Positions 37,668 through 50,317 of a DNA stretch of 64,000 bases are shown here, piece by piece; positions within the stretch are counted from its first letter, which is position 1, and each line of letters begins with the position of its first letter. Position numbers and translations under genes: made by a program. The stretch is from the NCBI RefSeq assembly GCF_008831285.2, contig NC_045138.2, positions 37,324,001 to 37,388,000 on the forward strand, read 5' to 3'. The notes under the pieces were generated by a model, which did no database searches, had not been told where the DNA came from, and saw only the letters and a list, made by a program, of their open reading frames with translations. This stretch comes from Nymphaea colorata (lineage: Eukaryota).

Positions 37668-40600
37668 ATGGTAGGCACTGCAGCAGTAAACCATAGTTCT
37701 GTTCATCCAAATGGTTCTGCTCACAATGGCAATGGAGTAGAAGAAAAATTGGATGAACTTCGCCGACTTCTGGGAAAAGCTGATGGTGATGTGCTAAGAA
37801 TCGTCGGTGTTGGTGCTGGTGCTTGGGGCAGCGTCTTTCTTGCGCTTCTGCAAGATACCTATGGCCATTTTCGCGACAAGATTCAGATTAGGATCTGGAG
37901 AAGAGCAGGTAGGTCTGTCGACCGAGCAACGGCAGAGCATTTGTTTGAAGTGATTAATTCAAGGGAAGATGTACTTAGAAGATTGATCAGACGCTGCGCT
38001 TATCTGAAGTATGTCGAAGGCAGGCTTGGTGATCGGACCCTGCACGCAGACGAAATTTTGAAAGATGGTTTCTGCTTGAACATGATTGATACGCCGCTAT
38101 GCCCATTGAAAGTTGTCACCAATTTGCAGGAAGCCATATGGGATGCAGATATTGTAATAAATGGTTTGCCGTCGACTGAGACAAGGGTGGTATTTGAAGA
38201 GATTAGCAAATATTGGAAGGAAAGGCTTAGTTCTCCTATAATTATTTCTTTGGCTAAAGGAATTGAAGCTGAATTAGAGCCTGTTCCTCGCATCATTACT
38301 CCCACCCAAATGATCAATCGGGCAAGTAAGGTTTCTCTATTTATCACAATTGTCTTTGGATTCTAGTAGTTAGACATTTTTTCTCTTCTGCATTCTGTGC
38401 AGCTGTCTCTTGTTCAGCCAAGAAATTTCTTTGCATATTACATTTTGTTGCTTTATTTGATGTATATTGTTGTGCTTTGTGCTTCACTCCGTAGATATCA
38501 ATGTCATATCTCCATTTTCACATGTTTTGTATACTTAATGCGGAAAACATGCTTCAGCTTTCATTCACAAACTGTTCTTTTATTGGGCTGCAGATCTCAG
38601 TCATCGCCTCTAATATTGAACCATAATCGGCCATTCCTCAGTTGTTTCTGTTTACAAATTCTGTTAGTTGGAAAATTGATGAAGGCAGGCCACAGATCTT
38701 CTATCTGCCTCCCCACTCATTTTGCTACATATCCGACCCTGCTATTTTTAAGGTTAAATCTGGGTGTCCTGGACGGCAATCCAGATGAGTCAGTTATAGA
38801 CCTACTCTTGGGGTAGTGTCCAAACTACTGATGTTTTGAGGACTCGATTTTTTGTGACAGTCTTACTTCCTGTGGACCTGTACAGCTTTGTGTTTTTCTG
38901 TTTTGTCATGTATCTTTACAGATTTTGTTTTTTTAATAAAAGAGGGGGGACTCCCCCCAGCAGGGTTGCATCAGGACCATAATGGGTGAAACAAAAGTGT
39001 ACATTGAAGTAATCAAACAATGAGAATGAGCAACTGAATCCTTGGAACTTTGCATAGACAAACCAAGCAAAGAAAATTTATAGGTTTATGCAGGAACTTC
39101 TTGGAAATTCTCAATGTATACTTGCACAGGAAAATCCTTTGACTTGTAGTTTAGTTCAAAAGAGGTGAATAAAGGATCTTCCTGGATGGTGGACATTGCA
39201 AAGATTGACTCCGCTAGAATTAAGGTTTCTTATTCACTATTGTTGTGGGGATAAAGGAAGTGGAAAAGCAGCAAAAAGGACATGGAGTTGGCCGGCCCTC
39301 AGCATTTTTTTCATCTTCTTCCTTCAGAGTTGCTTGAATTAGCTTAGTTGCTTCTAAATCATTTCTTGACATTTTGGACCAGATCACCTTTACCAGTTAC
39401 CTCCAAATAGATCTCCTCATGAGCATAATTCCAAGCTAAATGAGCAAGGAAAACTCTGAGTTGTTAAAGCACGGGTAAGTAAACTTCTCATATATAATGT
39501 GCATATTGACAACTTAGCTTGTGACACATTGAGCATTAAGAGTACAAACATCCTAAAGTCTCTTCTGTGTATTTTTAGTCTGCAGCAAAAAGAATAGCAT
39601 TGCTCAAATTCCATATATTTTCTTCTGAAGTTGGATACTCAATGTTGAATTCCACTGTGTGGGAATGACATGAAACCTTTCATGTTATGCATGTATGCTA
39701 ATGTCAACAATGGCTGCTTGAGTTGTTGGTTTCAAGTTTCAACTAATCGGAGATCACTAAGTTTTTCAAAGAATACATATCAATTTGGCATCAAGTTCAA
39801 CGGGACAGAATTAACTTCCGTGCATTGTGCTTAAGCGTATCATATCCTTATTAATCTACTTCATGTATTGGAGCTTTGGATTCACATTGTTGTAATGATT
39901 TTATTTAATATGAACTCTTTTGCAATTCTTTATTATGATTTTGGTGGTTGATACTTTCAGCTAATTTGATTTGGTGATGCTGCCCAAACCAAATATGTTT
40001 GTTGCCATTGTATTTACCTTTTTTGTTTTGCATCTGATGTTTCCTGATCCTGCCATTTTCAGCTGGAGTTCCTATGGAGAATATTCTTTACCTTGGAGGA
40101 CCGAATATAGCTTCTGAAATATACAACAAGGAGTATGCCAATGCACGAATATGTGGATCTGACAAATGGAGGAAACCTCTTGCAAAGTTTTTAAGGCAGC
40201 CTCATTTCATTGTGTGGGATAACAGTGACCTTGTCACTCATGAAGTTATGGGTGGTTTAAAAAATGTGTACGCTATTGGGGCAGGTGTGATCATTTTTCT
40301 GTATCTCCTAAGCGCAACAGCTACTGAGCTTCAAGACAGATATATGTGTCTATTGTTTGTTCTCTTAGGCACTTCTAGCTAATTTATCTTCCTACATACC
40401 GTGCAATTTAAGGGTCGCTATTCATTCTGTCTCCCTTAATTGTCAAATGTTAGTTCTTATCAGCAAAAGAAGGTTCCTTCCAATGTTAATCTATCCAATG
40501 TTTTCACATGTGACGAAAATTGCATGTAATCATCTAAACTTGAAATAACTCACTGCAGTTTCTCAATACCCATGTGCCACTTATATAGCTTTAGAGCAAC

Positions 40601-42579
40601 TTGTTTTAAAAGCGTAAATAGGTTGCTTTAGATAATTTGTCCTTTTATCATCTGGCAAAGCTGGATATAAATTCCATTTTTCTGCTGCAGTTAGCCTACT
40701 GGACTGAGTTTGCTTCCCTGCATTTTAAGTTTATAAATTATCCTCTTACCACTGAATGTAATATAGGGATCGGTAGGTCTTCTATGAAACTATGATAGTC
40801 GCTCCATTATATTTTTCCTTGTATTGCCTTCTGATTAGAATAACACTTTGGCAATGGCAGGCATGGTTGCAGCTCTGACCAATGAGAGTGCTACGAGTAA
40901 ATCTGTTTATTTTGCACATTGTACATCTGAAATGATATTCATAACTCACCTGTTGACTGAAGAACCGGAGAAGCTTGCTGGCCCATTGCTGGCTGATACA
41001 TATGTTACTCTCCTAAAGGGTCGTAATGCATGGTATGGGCAGATGCTAGCAAAGGGAGAACTTAGTCGTGATATGGGTGATAGCATCAAAGGGAAGGGAA
41101 TGATTCAGGTCTGCTTTCTGATTATTTTCTTATCTGCTAAACTGTGGTACCCTCGCAATTGATGTATATTTAGCTTCACAATCATATGCCTCAAACTGTA
41201 TTTATGCCTAAGAAACACAGACTCTTCAGCAGGTGCTGCACCCGAGCCATGTTGACTCAGGTGCAGTTGCGGCAACTGACAATTTGCTTTCAATGAATCA
41301 CTAATAGGACCATAGCTTGATAATTGTTAATTTGACTATTGGTGGTGGACAACCTTATATAAAATATATATATTATTCACCCATTTTTCCTGTTTGTAAA
41401 ATGCTACACCCACACTCTGCATTTGTGTGACATAGATTTATGCACTATACCAGGAGAGCAAGCATGTGCTCAAGCATCTCCATTGTTCACATGCCTGAGA
41501 TTGACTCGGTACATGTATATACTGTCTGACAAAATAACATATTGATTTGCCTAATGCTTTGATGCTTTTACCAGGGTGTATCTGCTGTACATGCATTCCA
41601 CGAGCTGCTTGGTCAACCCTGCCTAAATGTGCTACATCCTGATGAAAACAGACCGGTTGCCCCACTTGAACTATGCCCCATCTTGAAGACGCTCTATGGA
41701 ATCCTTATCACAAGGTCGTGTGTTTCTCTCTGGTTCTCTTTTTGCTTGATTATCATAGACGTACATATTTTATTCTAGTAACAGTTTGTGAGTAAATGGA
41801 ACTTATCCAAGAAAAAAAAATGTCAGTTTAGAGTGATTAAATTCTACGATGGGAAACTTTGGTGGATCAAATGGTCCAAATGGGTGGGCCATATTCATTA
41901 TCAGTTCTTGTACAAGTTTTAGTTTTTCAGGCAGCAGTTAGGGCAGGATCTGTACAGGTGATTAGGGAGCTCCTCCACCCGGTGATCTCATTTGTAGACC
42001 ACCTGCTGTTCTTATACTGTGTATCTTGTCAAATTGTGGTGTTGGCTACCCAGTAGGAACCTATGGTACCATCCATTGGGTGAATTAGTCCGCTGGTCTT
42101 TTGTTGTTTTTCTTTATTGCAATGTCGTGAGCCTGTGAGCCGGCAGGATGCACCATCTGATTGCTTTTAGATAACGAGTCACATCAGGGGCTTCTAACTT
42201 CTTTCAGATCTTCAGCTTTTGATTCTCTCATTCTTTTGTATAGCCTTTTTTTTTTGGCTTGTGTATATTGGTGCTATATAAAGGGAAGGGAGTTCTCTCT
42301 CCCAGCTAAATCATCAGGAAGATGGGAAATTCAGGGGTTTTTGTTGGTCGATCTTGCTCCATCCTTGCACATCCTGAAATTTTTTGTTCTCCCTTGTTGG
42401 TTAAGAAGACAGGCGTGTTAAGCAAGTAGTCTAATATTTTGTTTAATACTCACAGGGACCTACCTACTCAGGCCATTCTTCAAGCTTTAAGAGATGAAAC
42501 CATGAATGATCCCCGTGACCGAATTGAGATAGCAATGAAGCACGCTTTTTACAAGCCATCGCTTTTGAGGCAACCTTGA
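37668..42579 (+). CDS. GPDHC1: Cytosolic NAD-dependent glycerol-3-phosphate dehydrogenase (463 aa)
   Basis: Exons 37668-38325, 40063-40284, 40861-41108, 41575-41714, 42456-42579 (1392 nt). Motifs: Rossmann [50 protein letters not shown]. Confidence 0.97.
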
Positions 42580-43138
42580 AACCATGGTGACTTCTGTAGC
42601 CTTCACGCAGGTTGCTGAACGTATGCTCCTTGGTTTGTTAACTGGGGGTGAGAATCTTGTCCATATGATCGATGGGTTTAAAAAACTTTTGAGTTTCATC
42701 TTTAGTTTGTATTGCTCGCATGTGAGAAATGTCTGGAGGATTGTTGCCTTATTACTGAATAATCAATAGAAATCTTCATTTTGCTTTGATCTGTATCACT
42801 TTGAGAAAATTGCATCCATCACCCACACTTTATGGAAGATGCAGCAGCAACTGTTCTAGCTGCTAATCTATGCCATTGCGTGGAACAACAGAATGTTGAC
42901 TAGGCTACCAGAGGGCTTCGTTTGAGTATCTAAACAAGCAGGAATCAAGGACGAAAGTTTCCAGGTGATGCAAATCTGACCCTCCAAAGCAACAGGTTCG
43001 CCGAACATGTCCATGTTGATGTCTGCTAGTCTGTTGGTGGAGAGCGCATCAATTCAGCTATGAAACGAGGATTAACCCAAGAACTGGCGAGGTGGAGATG
43101 ACGAGTTCAACTGGTCTCAGCTGCTTAATTGTATGTTG

Positions 43139-46100
43139 TCATACATATATCCCCAAACCTAGCTCTTTTGGTTCAGTTTCCACCATCCATGCAGGCCTGT
43201 TCAAATTATAGTCGTCAGTCTGAAAGCACATGTAAAGAGGACGCACACGCAAGCACATGTGCAAAATTGTACTCCTAGGACCACCAACAGCAATAGCAAG
43301 GCAGTAGAAAAAGGGAAGTACTTATTCATTATGAAGTTGATGGTTCCCTTTGATGCACGATCAAGGAGAGTTTTTCTGGCCTCAACTGAGACTCCTTGAG
43401 GCTGCCAAAAAGGGAAAAAGAAAAGTTTAACCGCGGACATTGTTCGACGTATCACGTGGTACACAGACGTCAATATGGTGCATTTCCTACCTCTTCAGGG
43501 AACCAAACTCCGGGCTGAGTACTTCCTTCGAGAATTGCCATGGCAAATGCTGCTGTGCAAGTTCCAACAGCTCTGGAAAAACATGAACAAAAAAAGAGGC
43601 ATGACACAGTACGGAAAGCTTGTGCACTTGTTATAAACGAAAGAATCCGCAATATAGAATCAACCTAGAGTTTGTTTCGGGAGGAACATTTTGAATTCCC
43701 ATTAATTCTCCCTCTTTTTTTTTTGAAAGAAAAACTTCATTTGATTGCAACCTGACTGCCACTCCGCTGATGGCAGTCAAGTGAATGAAGGTTTTGTTTG
43801 ATTTTGTGCTCTATTGAGGTCTGGGGATGGTCCCCAAAAGTTCTCACCGTTACCCCATCCATTGAAAGATCAAGAAAAACAACTAACATGGAAACAAATT
43901 ATAAAAGAAAGCCTGAGAAGGATCTCAGTACGGAACTTACTCTGACAGTCTTTTATGACTGTAAATGCCTACTGTATTGCGGCCCTTCGAGCATTCCAGA
44001 TCCACCTGAATGTAACCATCATGAAAATACTTATAAAATTAATGAGTAGTCTGACTGTGGAAGCCGCATCTACAATGCTGTCGCGCACTCAGCGCAGACT
44101 AAAAGAATTTTGACAAGCAAGGTATCCTTCACTGTCCCTCTGTCTGTTCTTATATTCTTGTATTCTCTTATTGTTCGTGATGGTAGCTGCCACCACTTTT
44201 GTTGGGAAAACATTTCCAACTAAAGAAATTACCATGAAATTCGAACATACACATATAATGGTTTCTGTAGAAGAAATCTAGTGAAAGCTGGCGCAATAAC
44301 ATACTCTCATTGAGACACGCTCTCCAGCTATTCCATCAAATGCTCGAACAATTGGGTCGAACAAAGAAACGAGTTGTTGGACTTTGCTCCTGTCTCTCAG
44401 AGTTTCCTGCATTACATCGACAAGGACGGTGAACACACATTTGTTGCCAAGCGTAAGGTGGAAGACGAAAGATTGATGGCTCAACCTATGGCTAATTGAA
44501 ATACAGGCATGTAAATTTACAAATAATAATAGGTTGGATCAAGACAGAAGAGTCCAGCAGCAAAAGCCAGCAGAAAAATGCTCAGTAACATCTAAGTCTG
44601 CCCAACCACCTAGGGCTCTTAAAACTTGCTCATCTGCGACTAACACCAATGAGCCCAGTGTACCGTCTCATACCTTCATCTGAAAAAGCCTACGAAACTA
44701 CGACCCAAGTCCAATTCTACTCTTCTTTAACGGAGGCACTAAAATGAATCATAAACTAGGACTCTGCTGAACCTTGTCCCCCATAGGCACTCGGATCAGC
44801 AATAACAAACAGAATCTCGACTTGTATCGCCAGAATGCCACCTACAAACCAAAATATTGGACCCGATAAAATATCCTTGATCCTATTGACATTAAACTTA
44901 GTTGAAGCTTGCATTTGCAGCCCAACATATGCATAGACCTACTCAGAGGAAACAGCGTCGTTGTTTGGGATTCATGAATAACTCGTGTTGGTCAGTACAA
45001 CTAGGTCAGACAAGAAAGAAGAGGACATTGACTTGCAACCTTGACTGCACAAAGTTTGGTGGCAATGGTAGTTCGTTAGCCAATTCTGATTGGCTAGTGG
45101 CAGCAACGTTTTCGAAAAAGAAAGACTCATGCTCTGAACGTGAATATGCTGACGTGCGGGAGCCCTGCAATCTGTGGGTTACTACTTGATCTATATTTCC
45201 ATTTTCACATATTCCAAAACTCAAGTAGAAATTTTTAAGAAGATTACCGCAGGAACAAGATTTGCAATTGCAATCATTCCCCAATTCCAGAAGAAGGGTG
45301 CTGTGCCAAATCTTGCACTCACAGTTGGCACTCCTAAAACTTCATGACTGCTTCTAACTTCAGGTAAATTCCTGCAATAGAATCCATGAGTGATAAATCA
45401 ATTTCTTCTCCTGCGTGCTGTAAGAACCCGTGTATTTTAGAAATAGTGAAAATACAGAATTTTGAGGCAGCAATAAGGAAGAAAAAATAATGATAAACAA
45501 GATGAGCTTCATTTTCAGAAGAAAACATGTTCCATGACAAAAATGTTGCCAATACTTATAACAAGATAAGTTAATAAAACAGCCAAATGAAATCACAAGA
45601 TCAATGCTTTTTGACGCTAAATAATGCAACTTACAACAGATATACATCTCGTTTTCCAATTCCTTTTCCGAAGTCGATGTTAAGCATTCCACTATAAGGC
45701 TTTAATTTGATATGTTGCCCTGATCAAAGAATATATGCAAGACCATTATATATTTATTTAGTAGCACCAACATAATAAAGGCTAAAATCATAGATACGTC
45801 ATTAATTACCTTTATTATATGCAATCACGTCTTCACCAAGAAGCAGAAAACTGGTTGATAGTATGGTTGGACCAGCACCCCCAGTACCAGCTGTATAATA
45901 ATAGTATCTGCAAGAAAAAATTCAGTAGAAAATTTTTAGTAAGTTTCAGTTGGAACATGATGTTGCAATATAAACAGGTTCACATCCTCCCTTCTGCTAT
46001 TCGTGAAAACTTTCGTTTCTAGGATGACATTCACAAGTTGCCCTTAGCAGACGACGAGCCATCACTGGGCCATTTCATGGAAATGTTCATTATGCATGTC

Positions 46101-48813
46101 AGCGTAAGTAGCCTAAGTAAAACTCTGATGTCTCAGGAATAAAAAGAACATAAAACCACAGGTGGTAGGAGGCGAATGTTGGTTTTAACTTTTAAGGGGG
46201 TTAAGGAGGCGTTAACCCTGCCATTCTCCAGCCTAAGCCTTTCATCGGTGTTGCCCTAGCATGGCCTAGTGACCGAGGCCTGGCTGAAGTCTTTCCTTCT
46301 CAAGTGTTCCTGACCATCAAATGAATAAGACTAACATAGGAAACGACTATACAGGCTAAAACTGATGTGATTTGGTCATAATTCTCCAAAAGTTCACACA
46401 AACAGTATAAATGATGATTCGCTAGAAATTTTGTTGGCAGTTTGGTTGCTTGGTCCTCCCAGGCTTGTTACCTAGTTGTGATGCATGTTTTCTTTATTTC
46501 TGAACAGAAAAAGATAACTCTGAAATTTTATGATCATATGCAGTGTCTTTATTTTTGACGAAGTATGTGTCACTGAATGAGTTATGAGCTTATTTCTGAT
46601 ATTAAACTTGCTAGTTAATTGCCTAATATAGTAAGCTCCTATCCCGTTGGTGACATTTTACAAACTAGATAGTAAAAAAATGTCACCTTCACATATCACA
46701 ATTTGTCTAGTTTTGCAGATCACATTAAATATAAAAAACAGAACTTACATTGACTTGTAGAGATCGTAGAAGGTGGTAAATTTACCTCAGTCTCTCTGGT
46801 TCATAAGTGCCTTCCGTTTTTGCAAGCTGTACAAGCTCAGCTGCCATTACTGTCATAATAGAGGCATAATTTCAGCATATCTTAATGCAAATCAGAATCA
46901 AAGTATTTGCACCAAAAGGACTCGACCATTTAATGAAAACTTCTTAAATAACAAGGACACGTTTATTGGTTAACGATGTGGCAAATAATTTCTTCCGCAA
47001 ATGTCAGCAAAGAAACTGGAATCACCTAAGCTGGACTCGCATGCCCATGTTCATCATTGGAACAAATACGGGAACAAAATTCCGAGCAACATAAATTGTA
47101 GAAAGGAGAACCAAACAGAATTTACATGAAAATAAAAATTTAGGGACACACAATTGCTCACTCCAGGGTATATTCCACCAGTTGTTATCGCCGGAACACT
47201 GGCATCCACTGCTTTCTGATGAAAAGTTTTTGCCCGATATGCATAGGTCGTATCATCACATACATCCAAATAGGCAGTCTGATGCAAGTGCTAAAAGTAA
47301 ATATCAAAAAGAGAAACAACATGTGCAACTCAAATAGCTTAGACACTGTTAATAATGATGTTGATCGCAGTTGAGGATAACAACTATAGGCAGACATGAC
47401 AGATTAAAATATATGTGATTTGAATATATACAGGTCAATTAAGTGCGCAATGTTGGTGAGAAAAGCTGCTTAAATTCGTTGACCTTGGTTGAAATTGCAG
47501 CCTCAAGTACATTGCACTTCTCTCCCTGCTGAAAAGGCCCTGCTGCGTGAACTACAAGATCTACATCTGCAGTTGGTAACACAATAGTCAGCAAGAAAAC
47601 TTATTTGCAGAAAGATCCGGCAGCAATCTGCATATATTCATTATGGCAGCTTAAATATCAGTCAGGATGACAAGTCTGCAGGCTCAATTTTGGACTGGCA
47701 GATGAGTTACCATACGTAAAAGCATGAGAAAGGCCAAAATTGTGCAGCGAAGCAAAAGGGAAGAAAAATAAAGCAATGGAGAGATTTCCAGGAACCAGAT
47801 GTGAATATTACAAGATTAACCACAAAATATGATGGTTAGGTTAACAAAATAATACGAAATTACCATTTAAAGCTTCAGCCAGTGCATTCAAATTATCAAT
47901 ATTGACTTCAACAAACTCAAAATTTTCACCAAGTTTAGACACCAATGCAGCACCTTTCTCCCTGCCATATACAGACACTTATTCAGCTCACTGTAATCTG
48001 AAAAGTGTACTACCACTTGCTGATACATAGTACAAGAAAGCTTTCAAAAATTACCTATACGGACCATAATAATCTATACACACTAAAAAGTGATTTTTTT
48101 AGCATACAATTGACCATGGAATTGTCTTACACAAAAATTCAAAAAATAAGCAGTTAACGTGTCCCAGCCATTTCAGTGACTAGCGGCATTTTATACTTTA
48201 CCAATAAAAAGATATCATACAGAAATCGGCCACAATTTCCACGGACACCAATTTTCATGAAGTATAGATGATTACTCATATACATGTGCGTCTATGCCAC
48301 ATGAGCACGGGTGTTGGTCGACTGCAGCGAAGTCGCGAGACTTCCGTATATGCAAAAAGCCCAAATACTCTACACAAATTGGGAAAATTGAGCAATTTCT
48401 TGGAAACTTACAATAGTATCGAAAAGGGAATTCAATAAATGAAACGCCGAAGATAGGCTCGTATGATACTGAATAGCATGTATAAAAAAATTAACATGTC
48501 GAGAGAGAGGGAACCAAACAACTACAAGAACAAACAATATCCCAATTCCGGATCCAGGCTGATCGCGACGGCATGGGAAAAATCAGGGAGGCGAAAAAAG
48601 AAAGATGGAAAGGAACCTATTCCTTCCTGCGACGGAGATGCGGAGGCTGGGGCAGAGCTTCGAGAGGGCGACGGCCGTCGACCCACCGACCCTGCCGGTG
48701 CCTCCAAGAATCAAAACCCGAGATCTCTCCACCCCTCTCTCTTCCCTCTTACCCAAACCTTCCGACGGCGTTGCCGCCACCCCCGCCAATTTCATCGCGG
48801 CGGAGAACGCCAT
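43139..48813 (-). CDS. Saccharopine dehydrogenase-like oxidoreductase (At1g50450-type as recalled, ~420 aa)
   Basis: 13 exons: 48813-48617, 47961-47864, 47566-47484, 47278-47152, 46849-46786, 45907-45810, 45719-45635, 45371-45248, 44406-44305, 44005-43941, 43572-43491, 43401-43322, 43196-43139. Motifs VLILGGTGRVGG, VVHAAGPF, YLDVCDD, GIYPGVSN, TAGTGGAGPT, QPGVWFPEE; ends ELGLGIYV*. Confidence 0.93.
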
Positions 48814-48898
48814 CCCTCTCTCTCGCTCAGCCCGAGTGCCCAACGTTCGTCATTTTTCCCTCCATCGCGCGCTCCCGCTTTTCCTTATCTATTACGTC

Positions 48899-48932
48899 GA
48901 CGTGGCCACAGTTTTGAAAAGAATGACGTGGC
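48899..48932. promoter_or_regulatory. Paired ABRE/G-box-like elements (GACGTGGC x2)
   Basis: GACGTGGC at 48899-48906 and 48925-48932, ~90-120 nt upstream of the SDH-like ATG. Confidence 0.45.
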
Positions 48933-50235
48933 TTCCCGGAGAGCGCATGAAAGTGATCGGCTCAGACGGTTGGTCACCCGGTCAAAGGCTTGGGAGTACT
49001 TAGACGGCTTTGACTCGGGCTGAGCCCACAAGGAATTACCACTAGTGGGCTCGGTTTTGGACTCCAAATGTCCTTGTTAGAATTTGATGTGTGTGTAGCA
49101 ACATTACTTCAAGTGGGTTGGGCTTAGATTAATCAATTCCGATCACTTTAATATATATTAGAGAACAAGTTGAATAATGCTTGATAAAGCAAAGATAAAT
49201 AAAAGCCTCCAATCAGATTCAATTCATTTGCAACCTTTAGTTAGATTTGTGACCTTAAAATTTTCCAAATTTGAAATAACTTTCAGTAAGACCATTCAAA
49301 TAGACATCAAACAAGTTTTGTATAATAAAAAAGAAGATTTTAATATATTTTTTTAGGTCAATTTGTAGAGCAACATAGCAAATGTGCTGCCCACACTAGA
49401 CTCACATCAATGCCCCAGATGTACCAAACCCACTAAGGTAAGTGCTTCTTTGATGGCATGCCTAACGCGCTCGTTGTGACCAAAGGTTGCTAAAGCTACA
49501 TAGCTCATAAGTTTTTTATTGGTATTACCCTCATTATTGTTCTCAAATCTAAGAAAACATTTCACAATTATAATAAACAATCAAAGTTGAAAAAAGTTAG
49601 CAACTTGAAGAAGTGAACGTCATGTCATGTTTAGGCGACTACATGTATTTCATTTTTCAGTTTTGATGATAATATTCTCTTAGTTGACTATTTTTTTTCA
49701 TTTTTTTATTGTGATGATATTTTTGTATAATATGTTACGTGTTAGGGCATTTCATGGTAGCTACAATTATTTGCGCTTAGAAATCACCTGCAGAAAAACC
49801 TTAACATCTTAATACCCAAGTCATCTTCTTATTATTTACTTAATAATATTCAGGCCAGTCACATTCTCCTAGAAAGACATAAATAAATCTCTCATAGGAT
49901 TGGTGATGAGGATCACCTAAGGTTTTATTTTTAAAGATTTCTTTGCTGGAAAAACAAGAAAAAAAATAGGGGACTACACTTTCCTTTGAAAACAAATTTC
50001 AACCGTGAAAGACAGTCCCCATTTAACTTCAAAAACAAGTCTACGAACTTTTCCAACTTGAAGTTGAAGGCCTGTAGCGGGTAGTAAGAAAAAAAAAGAG
50101 AGCAGGCAATATTTAGAAAACTCAGAAATATTGTGCCCTTTTCGGTAATATGCAAAACTGGTTGGTCCTCAAATGAAAATGATGTATAGCAGTTCCATTT
50201 GGGGGTGGGGGTGTTGGTTTTTTCATTTTTGGAAT

Positions 50236-50244
50236 AAACCCTAA
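50236..50244 (+). promoter_or_regulatory. Telo-box AAACCCTAA
   Basis: Exact motif starting 82 nt upstream of the microprotein ATG at 50318. Confidence 0.6.
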
Positions 50245-50317
50245 TCCTCTTTCTGCTTCGAGGTTTTAGGCAAGAAACGGAATTAAGAGTATTGCATTCT
50301 ATTTGGTCCTCAGCAAA

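Noticed and set aside
38990..39500. Possible LINE ORF2 remnant in GPDHC1 intron 1
   Set aside because: Too degraded to recover a convincing translated motif by eye.
44121..44130. U12-type donor-like GTATCCTT
   Set aside because: On the strand opposite the host gene; all introns of that gene resolve as ordinary GT-AG.
48463..49023. Overlapping plus-strand ORFs (114-186 aa)
   Set aside because: Antisense shadows of the GC-rich first exon and promoter of the SDH-like gene.
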